A stretch of 64,000 bases of DNA from Eledone cirrhosa (Eukaryota): contig OZ024742.1 in the NCBI GenBank assembly GCA_964016885.1, positions 207,886,001-207,950,000 on the forward strand, written 5' to 3'. The notes beneath the pieces were generated by a model that made no database searches, had not been told where the DNA came from, and saw only the letters and a list, made by a program, of their open reading frames with translations. Below are positions 39,277 through 53,346 of the stretch, one piece after another. Within the stretch, counting starts at the first letter, position 1. Each line of letters begins with the position of its first letter. The translations under genes were made by a program, and so were the position numbers.

Positions 39277-39701
39277 TTTATATCATAAGATCGATAAATA
39301 AAAACGCCTATACTTTTTGATTTTACGAGGAAGAGGAGATTTTTGACGATGATGATTATTTTGATAATGGTGGTGGAGATGACAAGGACAACGACGACAA
39401 CTTTGAATACGAAGATGATGATATTCGTCTCTTTATTAAAAGACTCAGTAACCAATCACGTGTTCTATGGACGTATGTTGGTGATTCGATATACACAAAT
39501 AAGATCGATAGAACAATAGGCCACGTGCTACTAGTGGCAGCGGAAGTGAGGCGGACAATATCCTACTCCCAAAACCCTATTTCCAGCAATGATGTAATTA
39601 TATATCATGTATAAATGACTAAGTGATGTAATATTCATACAAAAGTTATACACAATTATATCATTATATAATCTCAAACAATGAATAATGACACATATAT
39701 A

Positions 39702-39779
39702 CAGCGTGTCAGGTCCCAAAAAATGTATACTTCAATTACAATACTGTTGAAGTGTCTATACATTTTTGGGGTCACCCTG
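39702..39779. mobile_element. Tiny Tc1/mariner-type MITE
   Basis: TA|CAGCGTGTCAGGTCCCAAAAAATGTATAC...TATACATTTTTGGGGTCACCCTG|TA. Confidence 0.75.
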
Positions 39780-40479
39780 TATATAAAATGTGACTGCTGC
39801 CAGTCTGTCTGTCTCTCTTTTATTCACGCATTCTTTCTCTCTCCCTACCATTCTCTCTCCCTCTCTGCCTCTCTTGTATGTTTGACTATCTGTCTGTCTT
39901 GTATTTCTGCTCGGACCTCATTACTTTCACTTTGATACTGTGTGCATTCCTCCGTGTGCGTGTGAGTGTGTGTATGTGCGTGCGTGTGTGTATGTGTGTG
40001 TATGCGTGTGTTTGTTTGTGTGTGCTTTATTTTCCTCTATGGCCACCTATCTTTATTATTCTGTGTCCGGTCTGACCATGTCAGTTTGTCCGTCTACATC
40101 TCTCTATTTTCTGCTCTCTCATGATCTCTTTCTATTGTGTATCTCTCTCCAGCCATTCTGTCTCTCTGTCAGTCTCTACAGTGTTTATTTCTGCTGATTT
40201 GTCATGCCTCATTATCCAACTATCCGTTTGCTTTTACTTTATATCAGTATTTGTATCTTGTCTATCTCCCCTCCTTGCTTCTCTGTTAGCATATACTACC
40301 TCACGTCTTTATGTATGTCTGTATAGTGTTATTCTGCGTGCCTATCTATCAATCTGAACTGTACGGCTGCCTTAAAATCTATTCTTGAAGTATAGCCCCA
40401 GATTTGTTATGATCAAACAAATCTGTGTTCAAAAATATTCTAGGCCAGAAAAGCTCTTACTATGTTCATCTATACTGAG

Positions 40480-40695
40480 GGGCGGTGGATTATCAGAATT
40501 GGTAGAACGTCGGACAACACGCTTAGTGGCATAGAGTTATGGTATATTACGTTCTGAGTTCAAATCCCGCCGAGGTTAACTTTGCCTTTCATCCTTACGA
40601 TGTCGATAAACTAAAGTACCACTAACGCAGTGGGGTCGATTTAATCGACTTAACCCTCTCCCCAAATTGCTGGCCTTGTGCTATAGTAGAAATCA
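40480..40695 (+). mobile_element. SINE, longer subfamily
   Basis: Retains GGGGTCGATTTAATCGACTTAACCCTCTCCCCAAATT segment absent from the young copies. Confidence 0.88.
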
Positions 40696-42189
40696 CTATC
40701 TTCAACTATACTATATCAAGAATGACATTTTCAAACGTTTTTTACGCTTATTGTAATTTGTGGAGGCAGCTTTGGCTGCTATGTCTAGTAGGTTGCAAAG
40801 ATAAACGTTTACGCAGATATATCGCGTTTATGTATTTATTAGCTTCTGTGACTGTAGAGGTGTCTTCTGTTTGTATGTCATCTATCTGTGTGCCTGTCAT
40901 ACTTATTTACATGTTTGACTATCCCGTACCTATGTCTATCTGCCTGTCTATCGGCCTGTCTGCTTCTCTCTCTGTTTCCCTGTATGTGTGTATGTGTGAA
41001 TGTATGTAAGTAAGTCTGTATGTATATATCTATGTATATGTCAAATCACTCTCGAGCGTTGCTGGTAATATGTAACCCAATACAACATGTCGCATGGTCG
41101 ATTCGTCGGTGACTAAACTGGCAACCCTCTCAAGCTACCTTGAGGAGGCGGGTGATTTGGGGACAACCTGCAGGAGGAAAAATATATCAGTCAAAGGGTG
41201 GAGGAACTCATAAGAACCAACGGCCATTCAAATGTTTACTAAGAGCAGAACACTCTGATACAAAACTTGAAGATAAATCACTTGCTCGTCGTCGCAACCT
41301 ACTTTGGGCCAGCGGTTTTACTTGCTAGTTTTGTTTGAAAAATATGCATAGTCTGAACACTAAGAACATTGTTATATTACACCGGTGGGCGTAAATTGTG
41401 TCCTTGGAAATCATATATGTTTCCAATATATTTCTACGTTTTGAATCCACTGTACATCCCGATTTTCTGTCAGACATGGTTCAATTGTGTGTCATACGTA
41501 GCTATAAAACAGTAAAAACCAAAAGAAGTGAAAGCAGGTTTACTCATTCGTTTGGTCATGGTGAGAGTGATTGGATTTTTGACAGACACATTCTTCCTTG
41601 AATAATCTCTCATAAATGCCTTTGAATTCTACTTGGAGATGTAAGCGAGAATGAGAAGTAATTTACTCTCAACAAACAATATACTGAAATGTGGGTAAGA
41701 AAAGTGATAATGTACCACGTGAATAAACTTCGTCTCAGCATGCAGTTGAAACCCGGGAAATACATCTGGGAGTGAGCAGTTGTTCTGGGTAATCAAATTA
41801 TCCTGGGTCTCTGAATTTCCTTAATTAGTCCTACCTGGACATTTCATTTACTACCATTCGTGTGCTGTTGTTTTATATGCCTATTTATATTTTCATTTCC
41901 CAATTTGTGTAAACAAATTCCCGTTTTAAGAATTTTATAAATTTCCATTATCGTTATTATTACTATTATTATTATCATGTCATCCCTCGGGATTGATTTT
42001 AATTCCTGGTTTATCAAGTATACATTCTATGTTTGGCATGATTTCTATGGTTGGGTGCGCTTCCTAATGGCAAACATCTTACAGAGTGTACTGAATGCAC
42101 TTTGTGTGATACTAGCACTACTATCTTACTCATTAACATTTTCATCAGCTCGAAAATTTATGCATGTATATGATAGTGCAAATACTTAA

Positions 42190-43330
42190 ATATGGAATGA
42201 TACGCCTCCACCCCCTCCAACAGTCCCGGTGGACAGCAAGGTAGAAGCGCTGGAAAAGCCACTCCAACTCACAGGGTTCACACCAGTGGCTGGCCAGCTC
42301 AGCACCTATGGTGGTGAGTAGGGAGGTAGCCCTAGGGCCGAGGACACAGAAGTCTCCACTACCAGGGGTACAACCGCAAACGTGTCGGAGAGCGACCGGT
42401 ATTTGCGGAGTTTGGCCCCCTCAGCCCGACGTGCAGCAGAACCTGGGTTAGTCGCAGACTGCACCAGATTGAGGCTGCAGAAAGTGTCGGTGCAAGTGGC
42501 ATCCCAGAAGAGGGGTTTGCCACCGCGAAACGGGAAGATAGCCATACCATCTGGCCTTTTGCCGTCCCCTCGGTCCAGCTCCACCGGCTCGAGCTGGGAC
42601 GGGAAGCCCGCAGCGTCCAAGCCATGCTTTATAACCTCGTTGAGGGCAGAATGGCGTGGAACGCGGCCGGCACTGTGGAGACAGGAAAGCAGGTGGAGGC
42701 AGAAAGTGTCCACGGTGAATCCGCAGCGACATTGGTGTGGCTCGCAAATCCGGAGGCCGAGCCTCAAGGAAACACCGATGTGCGGGCTATTGTTGTCTAG
42801 CTGCGTGCCAGTAGAGAAGGAGGACAGGGCATGGAGCCAGGCACCACTGTGGGGTTTGGAGGCCGCACGAAAGCAGGCAAGGCGGTGCTGGTCTAGTTGG
42901 CGCGTGAGTCTGTCTGAGGCCAGGCTGCACTGGATGGCATCCCAAGTGCTTTGGAGGGACATGATTTCAACTGGGGGAGAAGGAGAATGGACGTCTACTG
43001 GGCTAAGTCCCAGCCGGTCCCACGTCTTACAGGCGGCCTTACGTTCTCTGAACACATAGGGTTCTATTGTGTTTTGAAGAAACCTGCTGACGAGGACGCG
43101 GCACGAGGTTACCTACAAAAGATACGCCGGCAAAGACGGCGAGATCGGGGTCCGGAGGAACGTCCGCTGTCTCATCTGGTGGTGTGCCAGATCCCCATGG
43201 CTGGGCAGACGAGGGGAAGAGGCAGTTCCTGCATCTCCACGCTGCGAGGGCACTGGAAGCTTGAGGTGTTAGCCAACACAGGTGAGGTGGTGGAAGCAGC
43301 CGCACCCCGAACAGTTCCGGCCTTTCTTTC
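42190..43330 (-). mobile_element. CRE-clade non-LTR retrotransposon 3' fragment (CCHC + RLE)
   Basis: HSGAWLHAL, LRLGL..CEPHQCRCG..VD....HLLSC, RH.ALNEVI, KRPDG, WDATC.DT, AE..K..KY, PLVVETS, WLFQR; GC-rich island. Confidence 0.9.
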
Positions 43331-44079
43331 GTCTGCTAGTGGTGCTGCAATTGCTGCAGGTGTCGGCTTGGGGGGATGGGGGATGGGGGATGGGGCGTGG
43401 GGCCGGGGCCTGGGGCACCGAGCGGTATTAGGGGTGAGTGGCTGGCTTGCGTGGGTGGAAGGAAAGTGATGGTAAGAGGGCCTCAAAGCTCACCTACATC
43501 AGATATAGAGGCGTCAGAAGACAGGAGAGAAAAGAAGAGAGTGCATGGAGGTGGATACACAAGAAGGTAGATTATTAGCAAAGGGATGAGTGAATGGATG
43601 AATGTACACAAAACAAAATGGGTGGGGAAACGGGGTTGTTCCCAGTGGAAAGACCCAGAGCAGCACGCACACATGCGAGCATTTTGGCAGTTTCTCATAG
43701 GATCTTGTGACTGGGGGTAAGTCATTCAATCCTGAAAACATATGTGGTGTTATTGTCACTGATGCTCGAGTTGGCTTCCTTTTGTTAATGGTAGTGGTAT
43801 TGATTGCTGCTAAGATGTTGATGTATACATCAACATCTTACCAGCATATGTGTTGTTGTTGTTAATGTCACAGTTGTTGTCGTTGCCTTCATCTTGTTAA
43901 TGGTGGTGGTAGATGAAACTGCTTCCAATTCGGGCTGCCAGGCAGTATGCTGAGGCTCGACTTCCTTCTTTTACCGAAGATGCGGGGTCGATGTTATTAT
44001 CCTGTTGCTGTCGCCTTCTTGGCCGGAGATGCGGGTCAGTGGCTTTCGGTATCATTTGGCAGCACAACGGCAAATAAAT

Positions 44080-45250
44080 ATATTCTCTATTTTTTTTCTG
44101 TTTTTTCTTTCTCTCTGTCTAATCCGATTTAAATATTTGGCAGTGAATTGGTGGTCGGTTTTGTTTTGTTTTGTTTTATGTTTCCAATTGTTTTTATTTA
44201 TTTCTCTCGCTCTCTTCTCGTATGTTTCGGTGCGTTACATTTATGCGGTTCCTAGTAGTTATTATTTGAGGTTATATTTCCATTCTAGGATGTATTCCAT
44301 CATAACAGCACATACTGCTTCCCAGCATCATGGATTAAACGGAGTTAATGTCGCGAATGTTTGGGGCGAATGTTTGACTATTGGATAATCAGATAATCCA
44401 AGCGTAAAGTCGTCAATGTAGACATGGGTAGAGTCTTGTGGATTTGAGAATGTGTTAGAAGTGATGAAGCAGCGTGGTAAATGTTTAAGATAAAAATTCA
44501 TTAACTCAAGAGGGTTGGTATCTGATGCAAGCTAATTTCTTTCAACGATGTACTTCGTGTGATGAGTTACGTATGGCGAACTATAATGTTTAATAATTCG
44601 CGACTAGTATAAAAGCTCTATACGGCTCGCATTCAGTGGGATGAAAAAGTCTTGAAATGGGTATGCTTGCTCCAAGGAATGGCATAATATTAACATACCA
44701 CATACTTACATATACACATAGATGTGTGCCCACGTACATATGTGTGTTGGTATGTCAAATACGGACATATATATATCCGTGTGGGGAGCAACACGAGTTG
44801 GTTTGTTTTTCATTAATTTTTTTCTTCTCACTTTCTAATCCGATTCAAAACATATTTGGCAGTGAATTGATGGTCGTTTTTTTTTTTGTCCCCCTTCCTT
44901 TTATTTTGTTTCTTTCTCTCGCTCTTCGCGTATATTTTGGTGCGTTATATTTGTGAGGTTCCTAACAATGGTTAATATCATTTATTATTTCCGAGGTTGA
45001 CTTTGCCTTTCATCCTTACGGGGTCGATAAAACAAAGTATCAGTAATGAACTGGGTAATTGCTGGCCTTGTGCCTAAAGTAGAAACAATTATTTGTGGTT
45101 TTGTTTCCATTCGAGGATGTATTGCATCATATCAGCACATTCTGATTCCAGGAATCTTGCATTAGACAGTGAATTAATGCAGCGAATGTTTCGAACGCAA
45201 AAGTATTTGAGTAATGGGTAATCCAAGCATAAGATCATAAATGTATGGTA
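44080..45250. repeat. Diverged direct duplication (~44080-44420 and ~44800-45250; second copy interrupted by a truncated SINE at ~44990-45090)
   Basis: CTAATCCGATT...TTTGGCAGTGAATTG.TGGTCG and TTTCCATTC..GGATGTATT.CATCAT shared. Confidence 0.8.
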
Positions 45251-46124
45251 AACAAATCTTAAATAAAGCTTGGAGCAGATATTACGTTAAGAGAACATTC
45301 AGACAGAGTGGATTTGGAAAAGTTGAAAATGTTTATCTCGTTTGGTGTTGAATTTGTAGGTCCAGAAAATTTTTTTTTTAAATCACAGGAAAGTGCACAC
45401 ACATACATATATGTATATACACAGGTACATATATTAATGAACTTGTATTTCACGTTAAACACAGAGAGACATCAGTAAATAATAATAACGATATTTAGAT
45501 ATAAAGATATAGATGTACATATCTCTATTTCGAGGTTTATTTTTTTCTCCCGTGTGTGTAGCAACACGTGGTTGTGTGCTGCTGCTGTTGACTCTAGCAG
45601 TGCCCAAGAAAACACCAAGTTACCGAACTAAATCCAGTGGTCTTAGATATCATGACGTTATTTCCCTTTTTCCAGTTTCGTATTATCCTAGCCGTTCCCA
45701 GCAAACAGGGATTCTGTAACATTTCTACTGCAAGATTCAGTTTTAGTTTTTATCAATCCATCAACATTCTTCATGATCGTATATTTATTACACACAAACA
45801 GAAAACGCACAGACGACACGCCAACAAACTCAGAAACATCCACAGCAACAACAACACCACCCACCGCTACCACAATCATCCACACGAAAACAAGCACAAC
45901 CACAACAACAAAGAACAAAAGAAATTGAGGACAGGGAGATTTGGGGCACCAGCATATTTACTGTACCGGAAGACCTTATGTTGGTACGAATATTGTCGGG
46001 AGCCTACAAGAACATAAGAGAGAGCTTTCCACGTGATGTTTATTACGCGTGTTTTTATAAAAAAAACCTTGTCCCTGTTTGTATTGTTCTCTATATGTAG
46101 GCTGTTGTGGCCAATGAAGAAAGA

Positions 46125-46810
46125 ATTATTATTATTATTGTTCTTTGAGTCTCAGTCATTGATGTTAGTTAACTGGAAAGTTTGTTGAAATGAATATCAA
46201 GCCACTACATGCAGCCTCAGATATTCAGGACGTATCGGAGGGTTCTTGCTGTTCCCAGCAAGCATGCCTTTTGAAGCGTTCCAAAAAGCGTGGCGGGGCC
46301 AATTTTCTTTAACCATCCCTGGAAACTTTTTGAGATAGTACCTAGTGCGCCTATGACAATCGGGGCCACTTTGACTTCATGGCAGTTCCAAATCCTTTTT
46401 ACCTCCCACTTTAAGTCCTGGTATCGGTTAATTTTCTCCCTCTCCTTCTCTTGCACTCTCGTGTCGAATGGGAAGGCCACATCCACAATCAGGCACGATC
46501 AGGTAAGGTCTATTGTGTTCCAGTTTCTTGTCCGTCTGTATCCTAAAATCCCACAGCACCTTCAGCTGATGGTTTTCTATCACCGACTCTGGCTTATGCT
46601 CATACCACTTCTCAGAATGTGGTAAATTGTTTACTTTGCATGGGTGCCAGTGGATCACCCTGCCATCACATCGTGTCTCCAGCCCTTATAGTGAGTCTGG
46701 GCTAGGTGTTTACATTCGGATACAATGTGAGCCACAGTCTCCTCTCTCTCTCCACAGATCCTGCACAGTGGACTAGCCTCCTCCTTGTAAATATGGTGTT
46801 TCAAGCACTT
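46125..46810 (-). mobile_element. Dong/R4-clade LINE 3' fragment with (TAA)n tail
   Basis: CRICGEREETVAHIVSEC, RHD, WYEHKPE, WDFRIQTD, HNRP, DVAFPFD, PIVIGALG, LQKACLLGTARTLR. Confidence 0.93.
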
Positions 46811-48069
46811 CTATTATTTTTATTTTCATTATTTGTATTTTTATTACTACTATTAAATATTGTTTTGGTTTGCTGGTGCTGTTGATTTCTAAATGCTATT
46901 ATATTTATTATCATTATGGTTGCGGTTAGACACAATGTTATCATATTATTGATATAATAAATAAATAAACTTTCGTATTGTATAACACAATTTGAATCTT
47001 CCTCAACATAATTCTTTTGTTTGTTTTCTATTCCTATTTTTTTTTTGTATTTATATTATATCTTGTTTAATATTTCGTGTATTTATTATTAATATTTTTT
47101 CTTCTCTATAATATTCCACCCATTTTTCAATCCCTATATTTTCATTTCCACCCATTCACTATTACCCTTTCCAATCTGTGTGTCATTTGCTTCATAGAAA
47201 TCACAATGCTTATTGTTAAAAAAAAAGAAACGGGAAAAATATTCGTTCCAGTTTTAGATATCATTTAATTCACAATTAGTTAAAGTATTTTCTTGCATTA
47301 AAAAATCCTTTTAACGTTGTTTATCTTTTGTATTTCGTTATACTCACCTACTCCATTCTCTTTTCCAATTTCATTGTTAAGAGTAAATTGAAAAATAATA
47401 CAAATAAATAAATTATAACACAATTTTAAAAAGAATTAGGAATTGAAATTTAAAAAATACGAATACAATGCATTTCTTTATTTTTTTTCTTTCTCGACAC
47501 TCATATTTAATTTTCAATTGATTATGTATTTATTTTTTAGTAAAAGTGAAAAAACAAAATGATAACCAAAATAAAATAATTAAATGGGTAGAAAAAATAT
47601 GAGCTGACAAAAAGAGGAGTAGTGGTAATCAAGTCACAGATAACGTGGCTCTGTGACCTAATTTCAATTCTCAGTTAAAGTTGTTTTACTTGGAGAAATA
47701 TAGTAAATACTCCAACAAGGAAGTCTGTACCTAGTCATTCGCCATAATAGTAGTTTCTAAATCTCTCCTAAATCAGATCCCCTACCTTCTTTTAAAATTA
47801 GATACGCCTTTGGTAATGTAATCCTGGATACACGGTAACCTAAAACAAAGCATTTTAAATGTGTGTTTAACAGATCTGGGAGTAAAGAAAAATACATTAA
47901 TATCAAATGAGCTTAGCAAGATTGTGTGGTAAAAACAATACGTATTGCACTTCAAGTTATGATATACAAAACTAATGAGAAACCTTCTACACACAATCAT
48001 ACACATATCTCCAATTGTTCTCTTAAGAAATGAGACTACACATTGGATAATAGAGACATGGATACATAC

Positions 48070-48137
48070 ATTACACATGACAATAAATACAATGGTGACA
48101 GCTGGAACGCCTAAAATAACATGAAGATCACACTTTT
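48070..48137 (-). CDS. Candidate exon encoding a hydrophobic/TM segment
   Basis: TTTTGCTCCCTCTTTCCAG|...|GTATGT; phase 1 reads (E)KCDLHVILGVPAVTIVFIVMCN. Confidence 0.55.
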
Positions 48138-48536
48138 CTGGAAAGAGGGAGCAAAATTATATGGCGTTGATATGTTAGTTCTGGCTGTATATGTAAATAT
48201 CGGATGAGTGTTGTCGTTCCGGCAATACATTCAATAGTTCCTGAGATTTTGAGAAACCGTAGGAGCAATTTATCAAGTAATTACTAAGTAAATCTAAATG
48301 CTACAAATATTGAGTACAATACATTTCATTGCTCTATAATCAATAACATATATATACGAAAACCAGTATGACTCTAAAAACCGGTTTGTCTGTGTGTTTA
48401 CATACAGAAAAGCTGGACACTCACAGTAAAGTGTCCAGTGAAAAACTCGGTACATCTACATATGTACACGTGTGTGTATTCATATGCATACTAGTATTTC
48501 AGTATACATATGTGGATGTACATTTTTAACTTAATT

Positions 48537-48539
<3 letters not shown>

Positions 48540-48631
<92 letters not shown>

Positions 48632-48866
48632 CGTGTGTGTGCGCGCGCGCGCGTGTGTGTGTGTATGTGTGTATATGTGTGTCTGTGTGTATGTGTGTAT
48701 GTGTGTGTCTGTCTATGCGTCTGTGTGTGTGTGTGTGTGTATGTGTGTGTGTGTTTGTTTGCGCGCGCGCGCGTGTGTGTGTGTGTGTGCGTGTGTGTGT
48801 ATGTGTGCCTGTGTGTCTGTGTGTGTCTGTCTGTCTGTGCGTGTGTGTGTGTATGTGTGTGTGTGC

Positions 48867-48930
<64 letters not shown>

Positions 48931-49005
48931 ATGTGTGTCTGTGTGTGTTTGTCTGTCTATGCGTCTGTGTGTGCGTGTATGTGTGTGTGTGTGTGCGTGT
49001 GTGTA
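48540..49005. repeat. Compound (TA)/(TG)/(CG) microsatellite
   Basis: Direct inspection. Confidence 0.97.
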
Positions 49006-49402
49006 TAACGAGGAGAGAGAAAAATAGATAAAAGAAGTAGAGTAGAGACAGAATGTTACATGATTTGTCTGGCAGAAATTCAGATAGTTGTCTTTATAGA
49101 ATCTTATATACTAGTTCCCCATTTCGGCACAAGGCCAAGTTGTACTTGTTTGGTGGGAGGGGGGTCCATTAAATCGATCCCCTGTGTGTTATTTGTACTT
49201 TCTTTTATAAACCCCGTAAGGATGAAAAGCAAATCTAACCTTGGCTGGAATGAACTCAGAATGCAAAGGGGCGTAGCTTTATGCCACAAACTATGTTGTT
49301 TGTCACTCTAACGATAACTTTTCTAATCTGTAAAAATGGTCATTATAGAATCACCAATAGGCTTCATCAAGAGACTTAAAATGAATTAAAATACTCTCGT
49401 AC

Positions 49403-49432
49403 CTTTCACCCTTATTGTTTTATGTTTCAACT
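49403..49432 (-). CDS. Candidate 30-nt micro-exon
   Basis: TATATTTTTAG|AGTTGAAACATAAAACAATAAGGGTGAAAG|GTACGA; phase 1-1, joins in frame to 48070-48137. Confidence 0.4.
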
Positions 49433-49491
49433 CTAAAAATATACTCCGGGAAAATGCAACAATATATGTATTTATGGAACGTAATATAATA

Positions 49492-49670
49492 TAATTGTTT
49501 CTACATTAGGCACAAGGCCAGCAATTATCCAGTGCATTACTGGTACTTTATTTTATCGACCCCGTAAGGATGAAAGGCAAAGTCAACCTCGGCAGGATTT
49601 GAACTCAGAACGTAAAGGGACGTAACTATGCTGGAAAGCATGGCGTCTGACCCTCTACCGATACTGCCAA
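49492..49670 (-). mobile_element. Near full-length SINE (older copy at ~49105-49290)
   Basis: Same consensus. Confidence 0.92.
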
Positions 49671-49785
49671 ATAATGATGGTTTCTTTTCGTGACCAGTTA
49701 ATAACGTTAAATTCAAAAAAATATAACTAATTCAATTTCAATGTCATACAATAAAATTAAGGTATATACATACGTTCATATATAT

Positions 49786-50007
49786 CAGGGGCGAAGGGGC
49801 CGTGCATGCAACGCATGCAGTGTATGCGTTATAGAATCTTGAGTTGATCAATTGCGTCGGTTGAAGCAAGCAGAATTTTGGCTGCTTACTAAAACGTATA
49901 GACACCTAAAAAGATAACACACACACACACACATACACACAAACACACGACAGCTTTAGGGCAAGCAGAATTTTGGCTGCTTACTGAAACATATAGACAC
50001 AAAAAAG

Positions 50008-50081
<74 letters not shown>

Positions 50082-50700
50082 ATGACACTACATGTGGCTT
50101 TGAGCGGAAGGGTCATTTAGAGGGGCGTGCATGCGTCAACGACACAAGGTCCAAACGGGAAGTGGTCAAACCAGCCACTTATTTCACCGACGATTCTAAA
50201 ATATACACGTGTCGCCTTAGCTGAGGAATTTTCCTGATTATATAGGTAAAGTTTAAATTTTCCTGATTGAACAGATAAATTTTTCAGTCCCTTATACATT
50301 CCAAATATATTTCAAATATATAAAATTATTTTTTAAAAAGTTAAGCAAAAATTACATTTTCCACATTTTCATTCATCCACATGGTGGCAAAATAGTCAAT
50401 TAGTTCAGTTTCTTCCCTACTTTCTCGATCTTTTACATCAAGAAGCTTTGAAGAGACAAAGAATTCTTGGAAGAGAGAAACCTAAGCTTGAAATTAAGAT
50501 AAAGACGAAAGTGAGCGGCAAAGAATGTTATCGTTATTTTGATTCCAAATATTATGAACAATATGAGTGGAGCACGGGGTGTCCCATTCTGAACAAACTG
50601 TTCTGTTTCGTATGTTTGTTATTTTGTCACCATAGTAATACATGAACAATCACCGGTTACTGCGATTTGAACAATTTGAGTTCCGTAATTGCCACTTGAT
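49786..50700 (+). mobile_element. hAT DNA transposon 5' remnant with TTF-type zinc-finger fragment
   Basis: Starts CAGGGGCG; 50448-50690 encodes RYFDSKYYEQYEW.TGC..LNKLFCFVCLLF...T.TGYCDLNNL. Confidence 0.75.
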
Positions 50701-52666
50701 TTCCGTAATTGCTCTGAAAACCTTTTCAAATTTAATGAATATAAGTCTACCTTTTGTAACCTGTCTTCACATAGTTTCCGTAGTGACATGTGTTTTGACA
50801 CTATTTAAGGTTGTGCTGGTGATTAGAGTGTGTCTTGAAACTCTGATTTAATATCCTATGAGACCATAAGTAACATTAATTGATTTTATTTCTTGCAGTA
50901 GGATAGAAGCAAATTCAAAGACACATTCTTCGGTGATGGGAATGTATTCCCGTTTACTTTTAAACAAGGAATAAAGATTCCGTAGCTATATTGTATAGTC
51001 AACTTAAAAACGCATCTGAAATGATAGGATTTGTTATTTACTTCGAATGTATGAGAGGCAGCATTGATCTCATATACACTTGAACACACAATTTAAAGAA
51101 ATAAAAGTAATTATGATTGGAGGTTTGAATGTTCCTCTAATGTATATACCTATCTAATTTATGACATTGCATAAAAGTAGTAATCAAATTTACATCATCT
51201 TTTAACAAAAGTATGTTTACAATGGGTTGATCATTTGCGCAATGTGGTAATAAATATTAACTATCACTGATTTCTAGTTCAAGCATGATACCGCAAATAC
51301 GGTGAGGGTATATGGCCGTCTAATTGACCCCGCTAGTTGATTGTTGCATGTTTCCGGAATTCCAGGAGGATTTAACCTGGGGATGTAATGAAAGTTCTTG
51401 CTACAAGATATTTTATCCAAAAATTGAACGATACATTAACACACGGTACCAATTATATTGAATAATATGATACGCCACTGTCCTGTGCAGAACGATACAA
51501 TTGGGTCTACTCTAAAGAGTTTTTCGTATCAAAGCTTATTGATGATCAATATTTGATATCTATTCGTCCAACTACAATGTTCATTTGTGTTCTTAAACGT
51601 GATAGTAGTGTGATTGTAATCAGAACGCTAATAATTGTGAACTACTTGTAACGAGGATAGTAATTGAATTACTGTTAGAAATGCTTACGGTGTTAAGTCT
51701 AGAGATGATGATAGTTGCAGATAGTTGCATAAATGATTCTACCTATTGTAACTTAATTGAGGGTGTTGTTGTTGTTATTTGTTGTTATTTTTGTTGTTAC
51801 TTATTAAGAATGTTGATGATAGTGGCGGTGAAAAATAAATGCTTCAAATGTGTAACTGATTTTTAAATGCTCTTCATCTGAATATTTGCCATATTTTAAA
51901 TTATTCAATTAGTGTTAATTAGATTTTAAGTTGACAGCTGCTGGATAGCTTTTGGCAAGGTGAAGCAGTTAAGGTATATGATGCTTATTAATGGCATCTA
52001 TTAGCAATATTGGGTAAATATAGGTTAAACATTTCAACCAACAAAACGCAGCTATTGTAGGAACTAAATAACAAAGTAGATAAACCATATGGTGGCCAGC
52101 TAGTGCGTCTTCAGTTCAAAGCATTGTAGATATTTAGCTGTTTTCTGTGGCCACGTCTTCTCTAGGTCCTATATGCCTCTGGAGACCCCTAATTAAGGAA
52201 TTTCCTATCAAACGTTGATAGTTATCATTTCCATGAGAAATACTTCTCATCCATTTGACACAGGAAAACTACAGCTAATATCCAACAATAACCTTTATAT
52301 GATTTTCATTTACATTTACAATTATAGCTATTGAAAATAATGATTCATGATGAAAGTGAAGTATATTTGTTTCTGTTCAGAAGTTCCCTGAATCTGGTAA
52401 TGTGAATAACTTTGTTGTCAGTTAAAAAAAAATATTTTCGATAATAGGCTGGAAGAGAAAATCGAGGGAATACTATAAAAAAAATTAATTGAATGAAAAT
52501 AAATAATTAAAGCTTTTAGATAACATCTAAATCGATAAAACATTTTTTATATTGCTAGGCTTTCAGTGATCTGATAAAACTAGTCACTATATAAGAGGTA
52601 GATATTTCGGTTTCTATCATATTCAATATACTATGCTTAACCCAAGCAAGTTCAACGTTCTCTTAC

Positions 52667-52681
52667 GTCACGGTAAAGAAG
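52667..52681 (-). CDS. Candidate 15-nt micro-exon
   Basis: TTTTTCCTTTCCTCCCACTTCAG|CTTCTTTACCGTGAC|GTAAGA (LLYRD in phase 0). Confidence 0.45.
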
Positions 52682-52735
52682 CTGAAGTGGGAGGAAAGGA
52701 AAAATAAGTATTAAGTTGAAAAGAATTGTAATATA

Positions 52736-53314
52736 CTAGCAGTGGTACCCGGCGTTGCACGAGATAAGGTATTTTGGAACGCGGGCCGCCAACTGACCTA
52801 ATCGTGGAAAAACTGCATGCTTGGACAATATGTAAAGAAAATAAACCGAATACTCTCATGGCTGGATAATCTTTAAGATTTTCCTAGATGAAGCAGGAAA
52901 AATGCAGGTTTTCACTTAATGCGGGCCCTAGGGATCAAGAAAATGAATTTTTTTTATGTGCATAATATGCCTTGAAATTTCGGGAAAATCGGCTAGATGT
53001 AACGCTCCAAAAAAGCCATAAAAAGCTTTTAAAATGAAGTTTTTCACCTAATGCGGGTCCTAGGCCATAAGAAAGATAGATTTTCTTTGCTCACGGTATG
53101 AAGAAGAGAGTGACTAATACATAGTTATATTTTCAAGGAAACCTGTCTGACGTAACGCCTCAAAAAACCCTAAAAACCTGAAAAAACGCAGTTCTTCACC
53201 TAAAAGTTGAATTGTTTATGTGCATAACACTCTCTGAAACATAAGTAATACACATGTAAAGTTTTTAAAAAGTCGGTTGGGTACTTCTTGAGTTTTAGGG
53301 ATTCAAACTCACAG

Positions 53315-53346
<32 letters not shown>

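Noticed and set aside
42382-43059. 225-aa plus-strand ORF
   Set aside because: Antisense shadow of the GC-rich CRE ORF.
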